The notes under the pieces are model-generated. The model saw only the letters and a list, made by a program, of their open reading frames with translations, was not told the DNA's origin and did no database searches. The position numbers and the translations under genes were made by a program. A stretch of 64,000 nt of DNA from NCBI GenBank assembly GCA_965209055.1, contig OZ242374.1, positions 4,864,001 through 4,928,000 of the forward strand, given 5' to 3'. Positions 48,150 to 57,857 of this stretch are shown here, in pieces (the stretch's first letter is position 1; every line of letters starts with the position of its first letter). This DNA comes from Acidobacteriota bacterium. Lineage in GTDB: Bacteria; Acidobacteriota; UBA6911; RPQK01; JAJDTT01.

Positions 48150-49167
48150 AAGACAGCCGGTACGATGGGGCATCATCGGCGCCGGAGACATCTCTCACCG
48201 GGTGATGGCGCCGGCCATGCGCGCCACCGAGTGCAGCGAGTTGGCGGCCGTGATGCGGACCACCCAGTCCGGGGCCGAGGAGTTCGCCCGCGAGCACGGG
48301 GCCCGGAGCGCCTATGACAACGTGGAGGCCCTGGTCCGCGACCCGGAGGTGGAGGCCGTTTACGTCTCGACGCCCGTCGATCGACACTGTCCCGACACAC
48401 TGGCGGCGGCGGCCCACGGAAAACACGTCTTGTGCGAAAAGCCGCTGGCCCTGAGCGTGGCCGAGGGAGAGGCCATGCGGCAGGCCTGCCGGGCTGCCGG
48501 GGTCACCTTCATGACCTGCTACTACCAACGCTTCAGCGCCCGGCACAGCAAGATCAAGGAGATCATTCAGCGGGGCGGCATCGGCCGCGTCACCGCCGTC
48601 CGCTGGAACTTCTCGGGACGGTACCCTTCGGGCCGGGAAATCTGGCAACACGATCCGGCCCGGGCCGGGGGCGGTCCCTTCACCGACCTGGGCACCCACG
48701 GCGTCGACCTGATGCGCTTTCTGGTGGGAGAGATCGTGGCCGTCGCCGCGTTCGTGGACACCCTGGTGGAGAGCTACGCCGTCGAGGACACGGCCAGCGC
48801 CCTCCTCAAGTTCGCCAACGGCGCGCAGGGCGTGGCCACGGCCCATTGGAGCACGGGGGACCCGGACGAGCACCGGAACTCGTACATCGAGATCCTGGGC
48901 ACCGACGGCGTGATCCTCTCCTCCCCCCTGCACGACAAGTTCTCCCGGGGACGGCTGGTGGTGGCCACCGAGGACGGCGAAACCTCATACAACTTCGATC
49001 AGAGCACCCATGCGTTGGTTCTGGAGGAATTCGCCGCGGCGGTCGCCGAAAACAGAGAACCGGCCATCACCATTGAAGACGGCATCCGCGCCCAGCAGAT
49101 CGTGGAGGCGGTCTATGAATCGGGACGATCCGGCCGCGTCGTCGAGCTTCCGGTTCCGTCTGGGTGA
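48133..49167 (+). CDS. Gfo/Idh/MocA oxidoreductase
   Basis: WGIIGAG.I, GKHVLCEKP, GGG...DLGTH..D. Confidence 0.92.
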   Translation: MAPMHKRQPVRWGIIGAGDISHRVMAPAMRATECSELAAVMRTTQSGAEEFAREHGARSAYDNVEALVRDPEVEAVYVSTPVDRHCPDTLAAAAHGKHVLCEKPLALSVAEGEAMRQACRAAGVTFMTCYYQRFSARHSKIKEIIQRGGIGRVTAVRWNFSGRYPSGREIWQHDPARAGGGPFTDLGTHGVDLMRFLVGEIVAVAAFVDTLVESYAVEDTASALLKFANGAQGVATAHWSTGDPDEHRNSYIEILGTDGVILSSPLHDKFSRGRLVVATEDGETSYNFDQSTHALVLEEFAAAVAENREPAITIEDGIRAQQIVEAVYESGRSGRVVELPVPSG

Positions 49168-49281
49168 AGAGAGAAATTGAGGGGTTTTCCGGGCACCTGA
49201 GACCAGTTGAATTCGGCGGCTGATTCGGCCATTCTTGGAGGCGGTCCTATCGTTTGCCCTCAGTCCATTAGGAGGAATTCC

Positions 49282-49944
49282 ATGTCCCTTACCGTCGGAG
49301 ACACCGCACCTGATTTTTCGGCCGATACCAGCCAGGGGCCCATCAACTTCCATGAGTGGATCGGCGACGGCTGGGCCATACTCTTTTCCCATCCCAAGGA
49401 CTTCACTCCGGTCTGCACCACCGAACTGGGCTACATGGCCAGCCTCAAGCCCGAGTTCGACAGGCGCAACTGCAAGATCATCGGATTGAGCGTCGACCCT
49501 GCGGACAGTCACCGGGCCTGGGCGCAAGACATTCAGGACGCCACCGGACATGCCCCCAACTACCCCATCATCGCCGACACCGAGCTGGCCATCGCCAAGC
49601 TCTACGGCATGCTGGCGGCGGACGCCGGGGAGAGCTGCGAAGGGCGCACCCCCATGGACAACGCCACGGTCCGATCGGTGTTCGTCATCGGACCGGACAA
49701 GCAGATCAGGCTGACCATCACCTATCCCATGAGCACCGGCCGCAACTTTGACGAGGTGCTGCGGGTGTTGGACTCGGTGCAGTTGACCGCCAGCCACAAG
49801 GTGGCCACGCCGGTGAACTGGAATCACGGAGACAAGGTGATCATTCTGCCGGCGGTTTCGGACGAAGCCGCCCGGGAAAAGTACCCTCAGGGTTGGGACT
49901 CCCCCAAGCCCTATATCCGATTCGTCGATCAGCCGGGGGATTGA
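49282..49944 (+). CDS. 1-Cys peroxiredoxin (Prx6 family)
   Basis: RBS AGGAGG; FSHPKDFTPVCTTE, TGRNFDE.LR, ATPVNW. Confidence 0.95.
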   Translation: MSLTVGDTAPDFSADTSQGPINFHEWIGDGWAILFSHPKDFTPVCTTELGYMASLKPEFDRRNCKIIGLSVDPADSHRAWAQDIQDATGHAPNYPIIADTELAIAKLYGMLAADAGESCEGRTPMDNATVRSVFVIGPDKQIRLTITYPMSTGRNFDEVLRVLDSVQLTASHKVATPVNWNHGDKVIILPAVSDEAAREKYPQGWDSPKPYIRFVDQPGD

Positions 49945-50162
49945 CACCGGCCGCCTGCGCCATGGGCCGCTCCAGGACAACTGCCCGGCACGGAATCTCC
50001 CACGGCCGGATTGCGGAATGTCTCCGGTAAGACCGGGACACTCACCAGAGGGGAACGAGTTCGGTTTCCCGGATATTTGTGTTATCTTGACGGGAATTCA
50101 GGGATTCCGTACGCGATTTCTTGCGGCGCCGGCTCGAAGGCATACGGTTCGCGAACACGATC

Positions 50163-51677
50163 ATGGACGGACCCGAAGGCTTATTGGAAACGCCGCTGAC
50201 TCCTGAACAGTCCGACAAATCGCCCACTCCCGACACCTTCCTCGAGGAATCGGCCCCCCTCCGGATGTCCCGCGAAGCCATGCTCGAACTGGCCCGCCGG
50301 GCCGCGGAGCTATTGGTAGAGCGCACTGGCCGGTTACCGGACGAGCATGCGTGGGACGGAGAGTTCCGGCAGGACCTGGTGGACCAGTTGATGGAGGATC
50401 CACCCGAGTCGGGCCAGCCGGCGCTGCAGGTCATCGAACGGGCCGCACGGGACATCCTCCCGCTGGCGTTGCGCAACGACCATCCCCGTTCTTTTGGTTT
50501 CATCCCCTCCTCTCCCACTTGGCCCAGCATCGTGGCCGACTTCATGGCCGCCGGTTTCCACGTCAACCAGTGCACCTGGCTGACCTCCAGCGGCGCCAGC
50601 CAGCTCGAGTTGGTCGTCATCGACTGGTTCCGCCGTTGGGTCGGCTACCCGGAGACTGCGGGCGGTCTCCTGACGAGCGGAGGCTCGGCGGCCAGCCTCG
50701 ACGCCTTCGTGGCGGCGCGCGAGGCCGCGGGCCATCCGGACCGCGCCACGGTCTACATGAGCGATCAGAGCCACAGCGCCCAGATCCGGGCGGCAAAGAT
50801 CATCGGCATCCGGCCGGAGCACGTCCGCAAGGTGGCCAGCGACAGCCGCTTCCGACTCGACATGGACGCGCTGGTGGGCGCCGTGGCCGACGACCGTGCG
50901 GCCGGGCTCCATCCCATCGCGGTCTGCTCCAACGCCGGGGCGGGCAGCACGGGCGCCATCGATCCGCTCGGGGCGATGTCGGATTTCTGCGAATCGGAAG
51001 GCCTTTGGCACCACGTGGATGCCGCTTACGGCGGTTTCGGCGTGTTGACCGAGAGGGGCAAGAGGTTGCTGCGCGGAATCGAGAGGGCCGACTCCATCGG
51101 CATGGACGCCCACAAATGGTTCTTTCAGCCGTACGAGGCGGGTTGCCTCCTGGTGAAGGACGCCAAGACGCTGAATCACGCCTTCCGGATCTCCCACGAC
51201 ATGCTGCAGGACACGATCTGGGGTGCGAATCACCCCAACTTCTCGGACCGCGGCCTGCAGTTGAGCCGCTCGGTCCGGGCCTTGAAAATCTGGGTCTCCG
51301 TTCAGACCTTCGGCATGGCCGCCTTTCGCCAAGCCGTGTCCAAGGGGATGGAACTGGCCTCCCGGGCGCAGGAATACGTCGAAAGGAGCCCGCTGCTGGA
51401 GGTCTTGAACCCGGCGTCCCTGGGAATCATCTGTTTCCGGGTCAACCCGGACGCCGACGACATCGACGAATACTCGCTGGGAGAGATCAACCGCACGGTG
51501 CTGGCCCGCATCTTCTGGGACGACCGCGCGTTCATTTCTTCGACGCTGTTGCACGGGAGATTCTCATTTAGGATGTGCATCCTCAACTCCAGCACGACGT
51601 GGGATGACGTTCGCGAGACATTGGAGGCTGCCGAGCGGTTCGGTTCGATGGCGGTGTCCGAATGGAAGGATGCGTGA
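50163..51677 (+). CDS. Group II PLP-dependent (aromatic L-amino acid type) decarboxylase
   Basis: HPR.FGFIP, TSGGS, HVDAAYGG, DAHKW, QLSR..RALK.W; start uncertain. Confidence 0.88.
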   Translation: MDGPEGLLETPLTPEQSDKSPTPDTFLEESAPLRMSREAMLELARRAAELLVERTGRLPDEHAWDGEFRQDLVDQLMEDPPESGQPALQVIERAARDILPLALRNDHPRSFGFIPSSPTWPSIVADFMAAGFHVNQCTWLTSSGASQLELVVIDWFRRWVGYPETAGGLLTSGGSAASLDAFVAAREAAGHPDRATVYMSDQSHSAQIRAAKIIGIRPEHVRKVASDSRFRLDMDALVGAVADDRAAGLHPIAVCSNAGAGSTGAIDPLGAMSDFCESEGLWHHVDAAYGGFGVLTERGKRLLRGIERADSIGMDAHKWFFQPYEAGCLLVKDAKTLNHAFRISHDMLQDTIWGANHPNFSDRGLQLSRSVRALKIWVSVQTFGMAAFRQAVSKGMELASRAQEYVERSPLLEVLNPASLGIICFRVNPDADDIDEYSLGEINRTVLARIFWDDRAFISSTLLHGRFSFRMCILNSSTTWDDVRETLEAAERFGSMAVSEWKDA

Positions 51678-51805
51678 GTGGGACCGGATTCGGAGAAACA
51701 AGCAAACAGGGGCACGGCCGCGCGTGGCGACCGTTGTCACGAAATAATCGCGCCGGGTTCGCACCTCGAACGGGTTCGAATCTCATACGAAACGGAGTGA
51801 CTGTT

Positions 51806-53575
51806 GTGAAGTTCTCAAGATCGAAAATGTTATGGGCAACCGTGCTGACTTTGGCCGCCTTATCCGGCGCCGTGCCATCTGCCCTGGCCCAGGACGACCG
51901 CACCACGGCCAGCGAGGTGGTGGACCGGGACACCCTGAAGGCCTTTGTCCTCTCCGCGAGGGATTACATCGCGAGCATAACTGACATCAATCAGTTGGCG
52001 GCGCTCGCGGTTGAATTACGGGAAGAAGGAGGGGATTGGAAAGACGGAAACATGTATTTCGTCATTCTCTTGCCGAACGGTACCGTGTGGTTTCACGGGG
52101 CCGACGTCAAATTGGATGGAACCGATGTCTCGGGTGTCAAAGACGACGATGGAGTCGAGGTCGTACAAGAGATTCTCGCTGCAGGCAAAACGGAGGGCGG
52201 AGACTTTGTCGAATATACGTGGGACGATCCCTCGGACCCGGACGACACCAATCCCAAGGTTTGCTACGCCCTCGGTTACACATCCGAGTTGGCGCAAACC
52301 GATTTTATCCTGGTGGCCGGCTACTACCAGGATCTCTCCGCCGTTGAGACCGACATTGGTGAACTCCCCGATCCACCGGCACTCAACGCAGCGCACGTCG
52401 TGGACCGGGAGACCCTGAAAGCGTTCGTCCAAGGAGCCGTCGCATGGACTTTCGAAAGCGTGGCCGAGCATGACCTGGGTTTGGTGAAACTGACGGAGGA
52501 ATTCCGCAGAGAGGGAGGGCCATGGAGACAGGGGGCCACATACCTCTTCGTTATGACCGAACAAGGGTTTGTGCTCTTTCATGGCTCTCGACCGGACCAG
52601 CAAGGTCACATTCAGATCGAACGCGAGGACCGCAACGGATTCAAATTCGTGAACGCCCTCATCGATGCGGCCACCTCGGGAGGAGGTTACGTCGAATATT
52701 ATTGGGACGATCCGTCGGTGATGGGAGACGAGGATCTCGGCTCCGCCAAGGTCGGCTACGCCGAGACCATCGCGGTGCCGGACAACAGTCCCGTCTACGC
52801 GGGCGAAACCCTGGTCATCGGCTCCGGATTCTACAAGGGACACCAGATGGCCCTGGACTTCGCCCATTTCGCCAATGGCGGATCCTTCAGCTCCGACGTG
52901 GTGTTGGTGAACCTGGCCGCCACCCCGATCCGGCCCCTGGTCTATTTCTATGGCGAGGACGGCGAGCTCATCGACCCGGGATCGGTGGTGAACGTCATGG
53001 GCAACCTGTTCCCCACCCCCTTTGGGGCTCTGACCCTTCTGACCGAGTTGCCGGCCCTGGGAGAGATCACCATTTCAACCAACGGCATGGGAGGACTCAC
53101 GACCGGATCGGTCAAGGTGGTCACGGAAGGCCTCGACAGTCCCATCGGCGGGGTGCTTCGATTTGACGCACCCGGCATCGGCGTGGCGGGTGTGGGCGCC
53201 AGCCAGGCGGTCCGGGACGCCGTCATCCCGGTGCGCCGCCAGATGGGAGGCATCGACACCGGAGCGGCCCTCCGCAACCTGAGCGAGTCGGAGCTGACGT
53301 TGGACTGCCACTTGATGATGGGCGGCGAGATGATCGAAATGCAGGAGGTCACACTGCCGGCCAACGGCCAGGACGCCATGTTCATCAGCGAGTTGTTCGA
53401 GCACGACACGTCCGATTTCACCGGGTCCCTGCGCTGCACGGCCCCGGCGGGCGAGCAGGAATTTACCGGCGTGGCCGTGGAGTTGGATGCCATGAACGGC
53501 ATCTTCACCACGCTGCCGGTGGTGCCGTTGAGCGGGCACATGATGTCTGAAGAGGAGATGGCATCGGACGAATAG
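51806..53575 (+). CDS. Secreted protein: two sCache_2-like domains plus one C-terminal beta-rich domain
   Basis: Signal peptide; two DRxTLKAFV...Y.F....G...FHG...D..G....GG.VEY.WDDP units; LDFAHFANG...FTTLPVVP domain. Confidence 0.8.
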   Translation: MKFSRSKMLWATVLTLAALSGAVPSALAQDDRTTASEVVDRDTLKAFVLSARDYIASITDINQLAALAVELREEGGDWKDGNMYFVILLPNGTVWFHGADVKLDGTDVSGVKDDDGVEVVQEILAAGKTEGGDFVEYTWDDPSDPDDTNPKVCYALGYTSELAQTDFILVAGYYQDLSAVETDIGELPDPPALNAAHVVDRETLKAFVQGAVAWTFESVAEHDLGLVKLTEEFRREGGPWRQGATYLFVMTEQGFVLFHGSRPDQQGHIQIEREDRNGFKFVNALIDAATSGGGYVEYYWDDPSVMGDEDLGSAKVGYAETIAVPDNSPVYAGETLVIGSGFYKGHQMALDFAHFANGGSFSSDVVLVNLAATPIRPLVYFYGEDGELIDPGSVVNVMGNLFPTPFGALTLLTELPALGEITISTNGMGGLTTGSVKVVTEGLDSPIGGVLRFDAPGIGVAGVGASQAVRDAVIPVRRQMGGIDTGAALRNLSESELTLDCHLMMGGEMIEMQEVTLPANGQDAMFISELFEHDTSDFTGSLRCTAPAGEQEFTGVAVELDAMNGIFTTLPVVPLSGHMMSEEEMASDE

Positions 53576-53785
53576 TCGAATGGAGGCCATAGAACGAATC
53601 CGGGCGGGCCGTATCGTCGGCCTGCCCGGATGGTCCGGTGTTGGAAACGCCGGCTTTCTTCTTCCCGGCCCCTGACTTGACCGGCGGACCGGCCGGAAGC
53701 CCGTGGCGATACTTGCCACGGGCTTTTGTTTATTGGATGCTTACCGCCAAAGAATCACATCTCAACGGGAAAGGAACGGATTTCC

Positions 53786-56284
53786 ATGAAGTTCTCAAGA
53801 TCGATGTTGCTATGGGGATTGGTACTCAGCTTGTCCGGGATTCTCGGCGCAATGTCCCCGATTCTTGCTCAGGACGCAGAGCTGACCACGGCCAAAGATG
53901 TGGTGGAGGCGGCTCCCGACGAGACCAAGGATACGCTGAAGAAGTTCGTCGAATCCGCGAGAGATCACTTTTTGACCCTTCCCATCAGTGCGCTCCTCAC
54001 GCTGGGGGACACCCTGCGGGAAGAGGGCGGGGATTGGAACTACAAGTCCATGTACCTCGTTGTCCTGACCGACACGGGCTCCGTGTTTATTCACGGCGAA
54101 GATATGAGCAAAGACAACACGGACCTGACGGAAGAGGTAGACGACAATGGGAAAATGGTCGTCCAAGAGATCGTCGACACGCTAATAGAAGATGAAGAAG
54201 AGGAAGTATTCGTCGAGTACACGTGGGACGATCCGGCAACCGACGACACGAATCCCAGGTATTGCTTCGCCATCAAGGGCGGTCATCCCGCGTTGCCCGG
54301 CCGGGTGTTCATTCTGGTCGGCGGCTATCACGTGAACGTTGCGACGAGCACGGATCCGGGAGAGGAAACCGAAGAGCTCCCTGAATTGCCGGAGGTCTCG
54401 GCCATGGACGTCCGGGATCGGGAGACCTTGAAGGCTTTCGTTCAAGGGGCGGGCGATTGGGCTATTCGGGCCCTGCCGACATTGAGCTTCGATCTGCAGA
54501 AATTGGAGGCCATCTTCAGGCTGGAAGGGGAAGGGGGTCATTGGAAGAGCGGCTCCACCTACATCTTTACGATGACGCCTGACGGCAGGGTGATTTTTCA
54601 CGGGGCCCGTGAAGACCAGGAGGGCACGATCAACATCGACCTGGAAGACCGCAACGGATTCAGATTCGTGGAGGCTCTCATCGGTGCTGCCATCGACGAG
54701 GACGCAAGCGGGTATGTCGAGTATTACTGGGACGATCCGGGCGTCGACGGGGATGAGGCATTAGGGTCCGCCAAGGTTGGCTACGCCGAAGCCCTCACGC
54801 TACCGGACGACTTCGCGATTTTCCCCGGTGCCACTGTCATCGTCGGCTCCGGCTTCTACAAGGGCAACCAGTTGGCTCTCGACTTCGCCCACTTCGCCAA
54901 CGGGGGAGGCATCACCTCGGACGTCGTGGTGGTGAACGCGTCCGCCAATGCGGTCCAGCCGGACATTTACTTCTACGACACGATGGGCGGACTCATCGAG
55001 GCGGGATCAGTCGTGGACGTCATGGGGCAGGGTCTGGAGGTCACGAGCTATGGAGCTCTGACCGTCCCGACCGCAATCCCGTCGCTGGGCGAGGTCACCA
55101 TCCCGACCCACGGCATGGGAGACCTGATGACCGGGTCGGTGAAGGTGGTTTCCGACAGTACCGACAGCCCCATCGGCGGTGTTCTGCGCTTTGATCTCAC
55201 CAATGTCGGCGTGGCCGGCGTCGGATCCAGCAAGCCGGTTCGGGACGCCATCTTTCCGGCGCGCCGCATGGCAGGCGGGATCAACACCGGGGCGGCGTTC
55301 CGCAACCTGAGCGAGTCGGAGCAGACGCTGACCTGCCGCCTGATGCAGGACGGTCAGGCGCTTGGCGACGATGCGATGGTCGAATTGCCGGCCAACGGAC
55401 AGGACGCCAAGTTTATCCACGAACTGTTCGACCACGACACGTCCGACTTCACGGGGTCGGTCCGCTGCATGTCGCCGGAAGGGGAGCAGGAGTTCACCGC
55501 CGTCGCCCTGGAGTTGGATACCAACAACGGCGTCTTCACCACCCTGCCGGTGGTGCCGGTGGATATGGACGGATCCGGCTCCGGCAACGGACAAGCCACA
55601 CTCTATTTCGCCCACTTCGCCAATGGAGGCGGCATCACCTCGGACATCGTGGTGGTGAACGCGTCCGCCACGGCGGCCCAACCGGACATCTACTTCTACA
55701 ACACCATGGGTGAAATCATTGATGCGGGATCGGTGTTGGACGTCATGGGACAAGGCCTGGAGGTCACGGACAGCGGATCTCTGACCGTCCCGGACCCGAT
55801 ACCGCCATTGGGCGAGGTCACCATCCCGACCCACGGTATGGGAGACCTGATGACCGGTTCGGTAAAGGTGGCTTCCGACAGCACTATCGGCGGAGTCCTG
55901 CGCTTTGATCTGACCAATGTCGGAGTTGCCGGCGTGGGGTCCAGCCAGCCGGTCCAGGACGCTATCTTTCCGGCGCGCCGCATGGCAGGTGGGATCAACA
56001 CCGGGGCGGCGTTCCGCAACCTGAGCGATTCCGAACAGACGTTGACCTGCCGGCTGATGAAGGCCGGTCAGGCGCTTGGCGACGATGCAATGGTCGAATT
56101 GCCGGCCAACGGACAGGACGCCAAGTTCATCCACGAACTGTTCGACCACGACACATCCGACTTCACGGGGTCGGTCCGCTGCATGTCGCCTGCAGGGGGA
56201 CAGGAATTCACTGCCGTCGCCCTGGAGCTGGATGCAAACAACCGCGTCTTCACGACGCTGCCCGTGGTCCCGGTGGCGCAGTAG
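53786..56284 (+). CDS. Secreted protein: two sCache_2-like domains plus two beta-rich domains
   Basis: Paralog of the preceding gene; the FAHFANG...TTLPVVP domain is duplicated with near-identical DNA. Confidence 0.8.
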   Translation: MKFSRSMLLWGLVLSLSGILGAMSPILAQDAELTTAKDVVEAAPDETKDTLKKFVESARDHFLTLPISALLTLGDTLREEGGDWNYKSMYLVVLTDTGSVFIHGEDMSKDNTDLTEEVDDNGKMVVQEIVDTLIEDEEEEVFVEYTWDDPATDDTNPRYCFAIKGGHPALPGRVFILVGGYHVNVATSTDPGEETEELPELPEVSAMDVRDRETLKAFVQGAGDWAIRALPTLSFDLQKLEAIFRLEGEGGHWKSGSTYIFTMTPDGRVIFHGAREDQEGTINIDLEDRNGFRFVEALIGAAIDEDASGYVEYYWDDPGVDGDEALGSAKVGYAEALTLPDDFAIFPGATVIVGSGFYKGNQLALDFAHFANGGGITSDVVVVNASANAVQPDIYFYDTMGGLIEAGSVVDVMGQGLEVTSYGALTVPTAIPSLGEVTIPTHGMGDLMTGSVKVVSDSTDSPIGGVLRFDLTNVGVAGVGSSKPVRDAIFPARRMAGGINTGAAFRNLSESEQTLTCRLMQDGQALGDDAMVELPANGQDAKFIHELFDHDTSDFTGSVRCMSPEGEQEFTAVALELDTNNGVFTTLPVVPVDMDGSGSGNGQATLYFAHFANGGGITSDIVVVNASATAAQPDIYFYNTMGEIIDAGSVLDVMGQGLEVTDSGSLTVPDPIPPLGEVTIPTHGMGDLMTGSVKVASDSTIGGVLRFDLTNVGVAGVGSSQPVQDAIFPARRMAGGINTGAAFRNLSDSEQTLTCRLMKAGQALGDDAMVELPANGQDAKFIHELFDHDTSDFTGSVRCMSPAGGQEFTAVALELDANNRVFTTLPVVPVAQ

Positions 56285-56349
56285 AGAGTTACACCGCAGG
56301 AATGAATTCAGTGAGAGCCTCCGCTGGTCAGAGTAAAGGAGCACCCACT

Positions 56350-57609
56350 ATGAAACTTCCTAAATCGCTGCTTCTCATGGGGGTCTTGGCTTCGGCGGTC
56401 GTCTTTTCCGCGTGGCACCCCGCCCTCGCCCAGGGCAACGGGATCACGGCCAGAGAGGTCCTGGACCGGGAGACGCTGAAGGCCTTCGTTCAGTCGGCAA
56501 AGGCATACGTGGAAGGCATCACCGACGCTGCCCAGATCGACGATTTATTGAACGAGCCATGGAGGTTCGGCTCCGTCTACGTCTACCTTTCGAATGACGA
56601 GGGCGTCATCCGCTGGCACGGGGCCAATGCGGCCCTGGTGGACCAGGATCTCAGCGGCGTGGTAGACGCGCTCACCGGGGCCCCGTACGTCCAGGAACTC
56701 ATCGCCGCAGCCCGATCGGGAGGAGGCTACGTCGAGTATCATTTCGACGATCCGTCGATTGAAGGAGACGAAGACCATACTTCCCCCAAATTGGGATACG
56801 TCGAGCCTTTCACTTCTCCCATTGCGGATCTCTTTCCGGAACAGGACATGGTCATTGGCTCCGGCATCTATCTCGGACATCAGGTCGCGCTGGACTTCGC
56901 CCATTTCGGCAATGGATCCACAATCAGTTCCGACATCGTGTTGGTGAACCTGGCCGCCACGCCGATCCGGCCTACGGTCTACTTCTACGACGAGATGGGC
57001 GAACTCATCGATCCGGCGTCCGTGGTGGATATCGGGGGGAATTTGACAGCCACGGATTACGGGGCGGTTACGCTCCAGTCCGAACTGGCACCCTTGGGCG
57101 AAGTCACGATCTCGACCAACGGTCAGGGCGAGACCGTGACCGGATCGGTGAAAGTGATCTCCGACGGTCCCCACAGCCCCATCGGCGGAGTCCTGCGATT
57201 TGACGTTCCCGGCGTCGGCGTGGCCGGGGTCGGAGCCAGCCAGGCGGTCCGCAACGCCATCTTCCCGGCCCGGCGTCAGGCTGGAGGCATCGACACCGGT
57301 GCGGCGCTCCGCAACCTGAGCGAGAAGGAGCTGACGTTGACCTGCAGCCTGATGATGGGCGGCGAGTTGTTGGAAGAGGCGGACGTGCCGCTGGCGGCCA
57401 ACGGCCAGGACGCCAAGTTCATCAGCGAGATGTTCGAAACCGACACCTCGAACTTCACGGGATCGGTGCGCTGCATGGCGCCGGGAATCGCTCAGAAGTT
57501 CACCGGAGTCGCGGTTGAATTGGATGGCGTGAACGGCATCTTCACCACGCTGCCGGTGATTCCTCTGCAGGGCGGGATGCCCGCCATGGAGGAAATGGAG
57601 TCCGAATAG
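56350..57609 (+). CDS. Secreted protein: one sCache_2-like domain plus one beta-rich domain
   Basis: RBS AAGGAG; signal peptide ending ALAQ; same domain motifs as the two preceding genes. Confidence 0.8.
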   Translation: MKLPKSLLLMGVLASAVVFSAWHPALAQGNGITAREVLDRETLKAFVQSAKAYVEGITDAAQIDDLLNEPWRFGSVYVYLSNDEGVIRWHGANAALVDQDLSGVVDALTGAPYVQELIAAARSGGGYVEYHFDDPSIEGDEDHTSPKLGYVEPFTSPIADLFPEQDMVIGSGIYLGHQVALDFAHFGNGSTISSDIVLVNLAATPIRPTVYFYDEMGELIDPASVVDIGGNLTATDYGAVTLQSELAPLGEVTISTNGQGETVTGSVKVISDGPHSPIGGVLRFDVPGVGVAGVGASQAVRNAIFPARRQAGGIDTGAALRNLSEKELTLTCSLMMGGELLEEADVPLAANGQDAKFISEMFETDTSNFTGSVRCMAPGIAQKFTGVAVELDGVNGIFTTLPVIPLQGGMPAMEEMESE

Positions 57610-57742
57610 GAGGGGGGACTGTTGGTCCCCCATTGGGACAGGCGGCTTCCTTGCCGCCTGCTGGATCGATATAACGATCGGGAAGAATAGAGGGCCTCCG
57701 TCCCCCGCCCCCCCTGGTCGGCGACAGGAAAGTCGCCGCTCA

Positions 57743-57835
57743 TCACTTCAAAAACGCGTAGGAGACTCCCAGGGTCAGATAGAGGCCTCCCATCAATAGG
57801 ATGCCGGCCCACCGGACCTTGCCGTAGCGGTACTT
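57743..57835 (-). pseudogene. Displaced copy of the 3' end of the Nramp-like transporter gene
   Basis: Translates KYRYGKVRWAGILLMGGLYLTLGVSYAFLK*, versus EYRYGKAWWASIVLMGCLYLVLGVSYAFLK* at 62832-62924. Confidence 0.85.
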
Positions 57836-57857
57836 GAACGGAAAGAGTATTTCCCTT

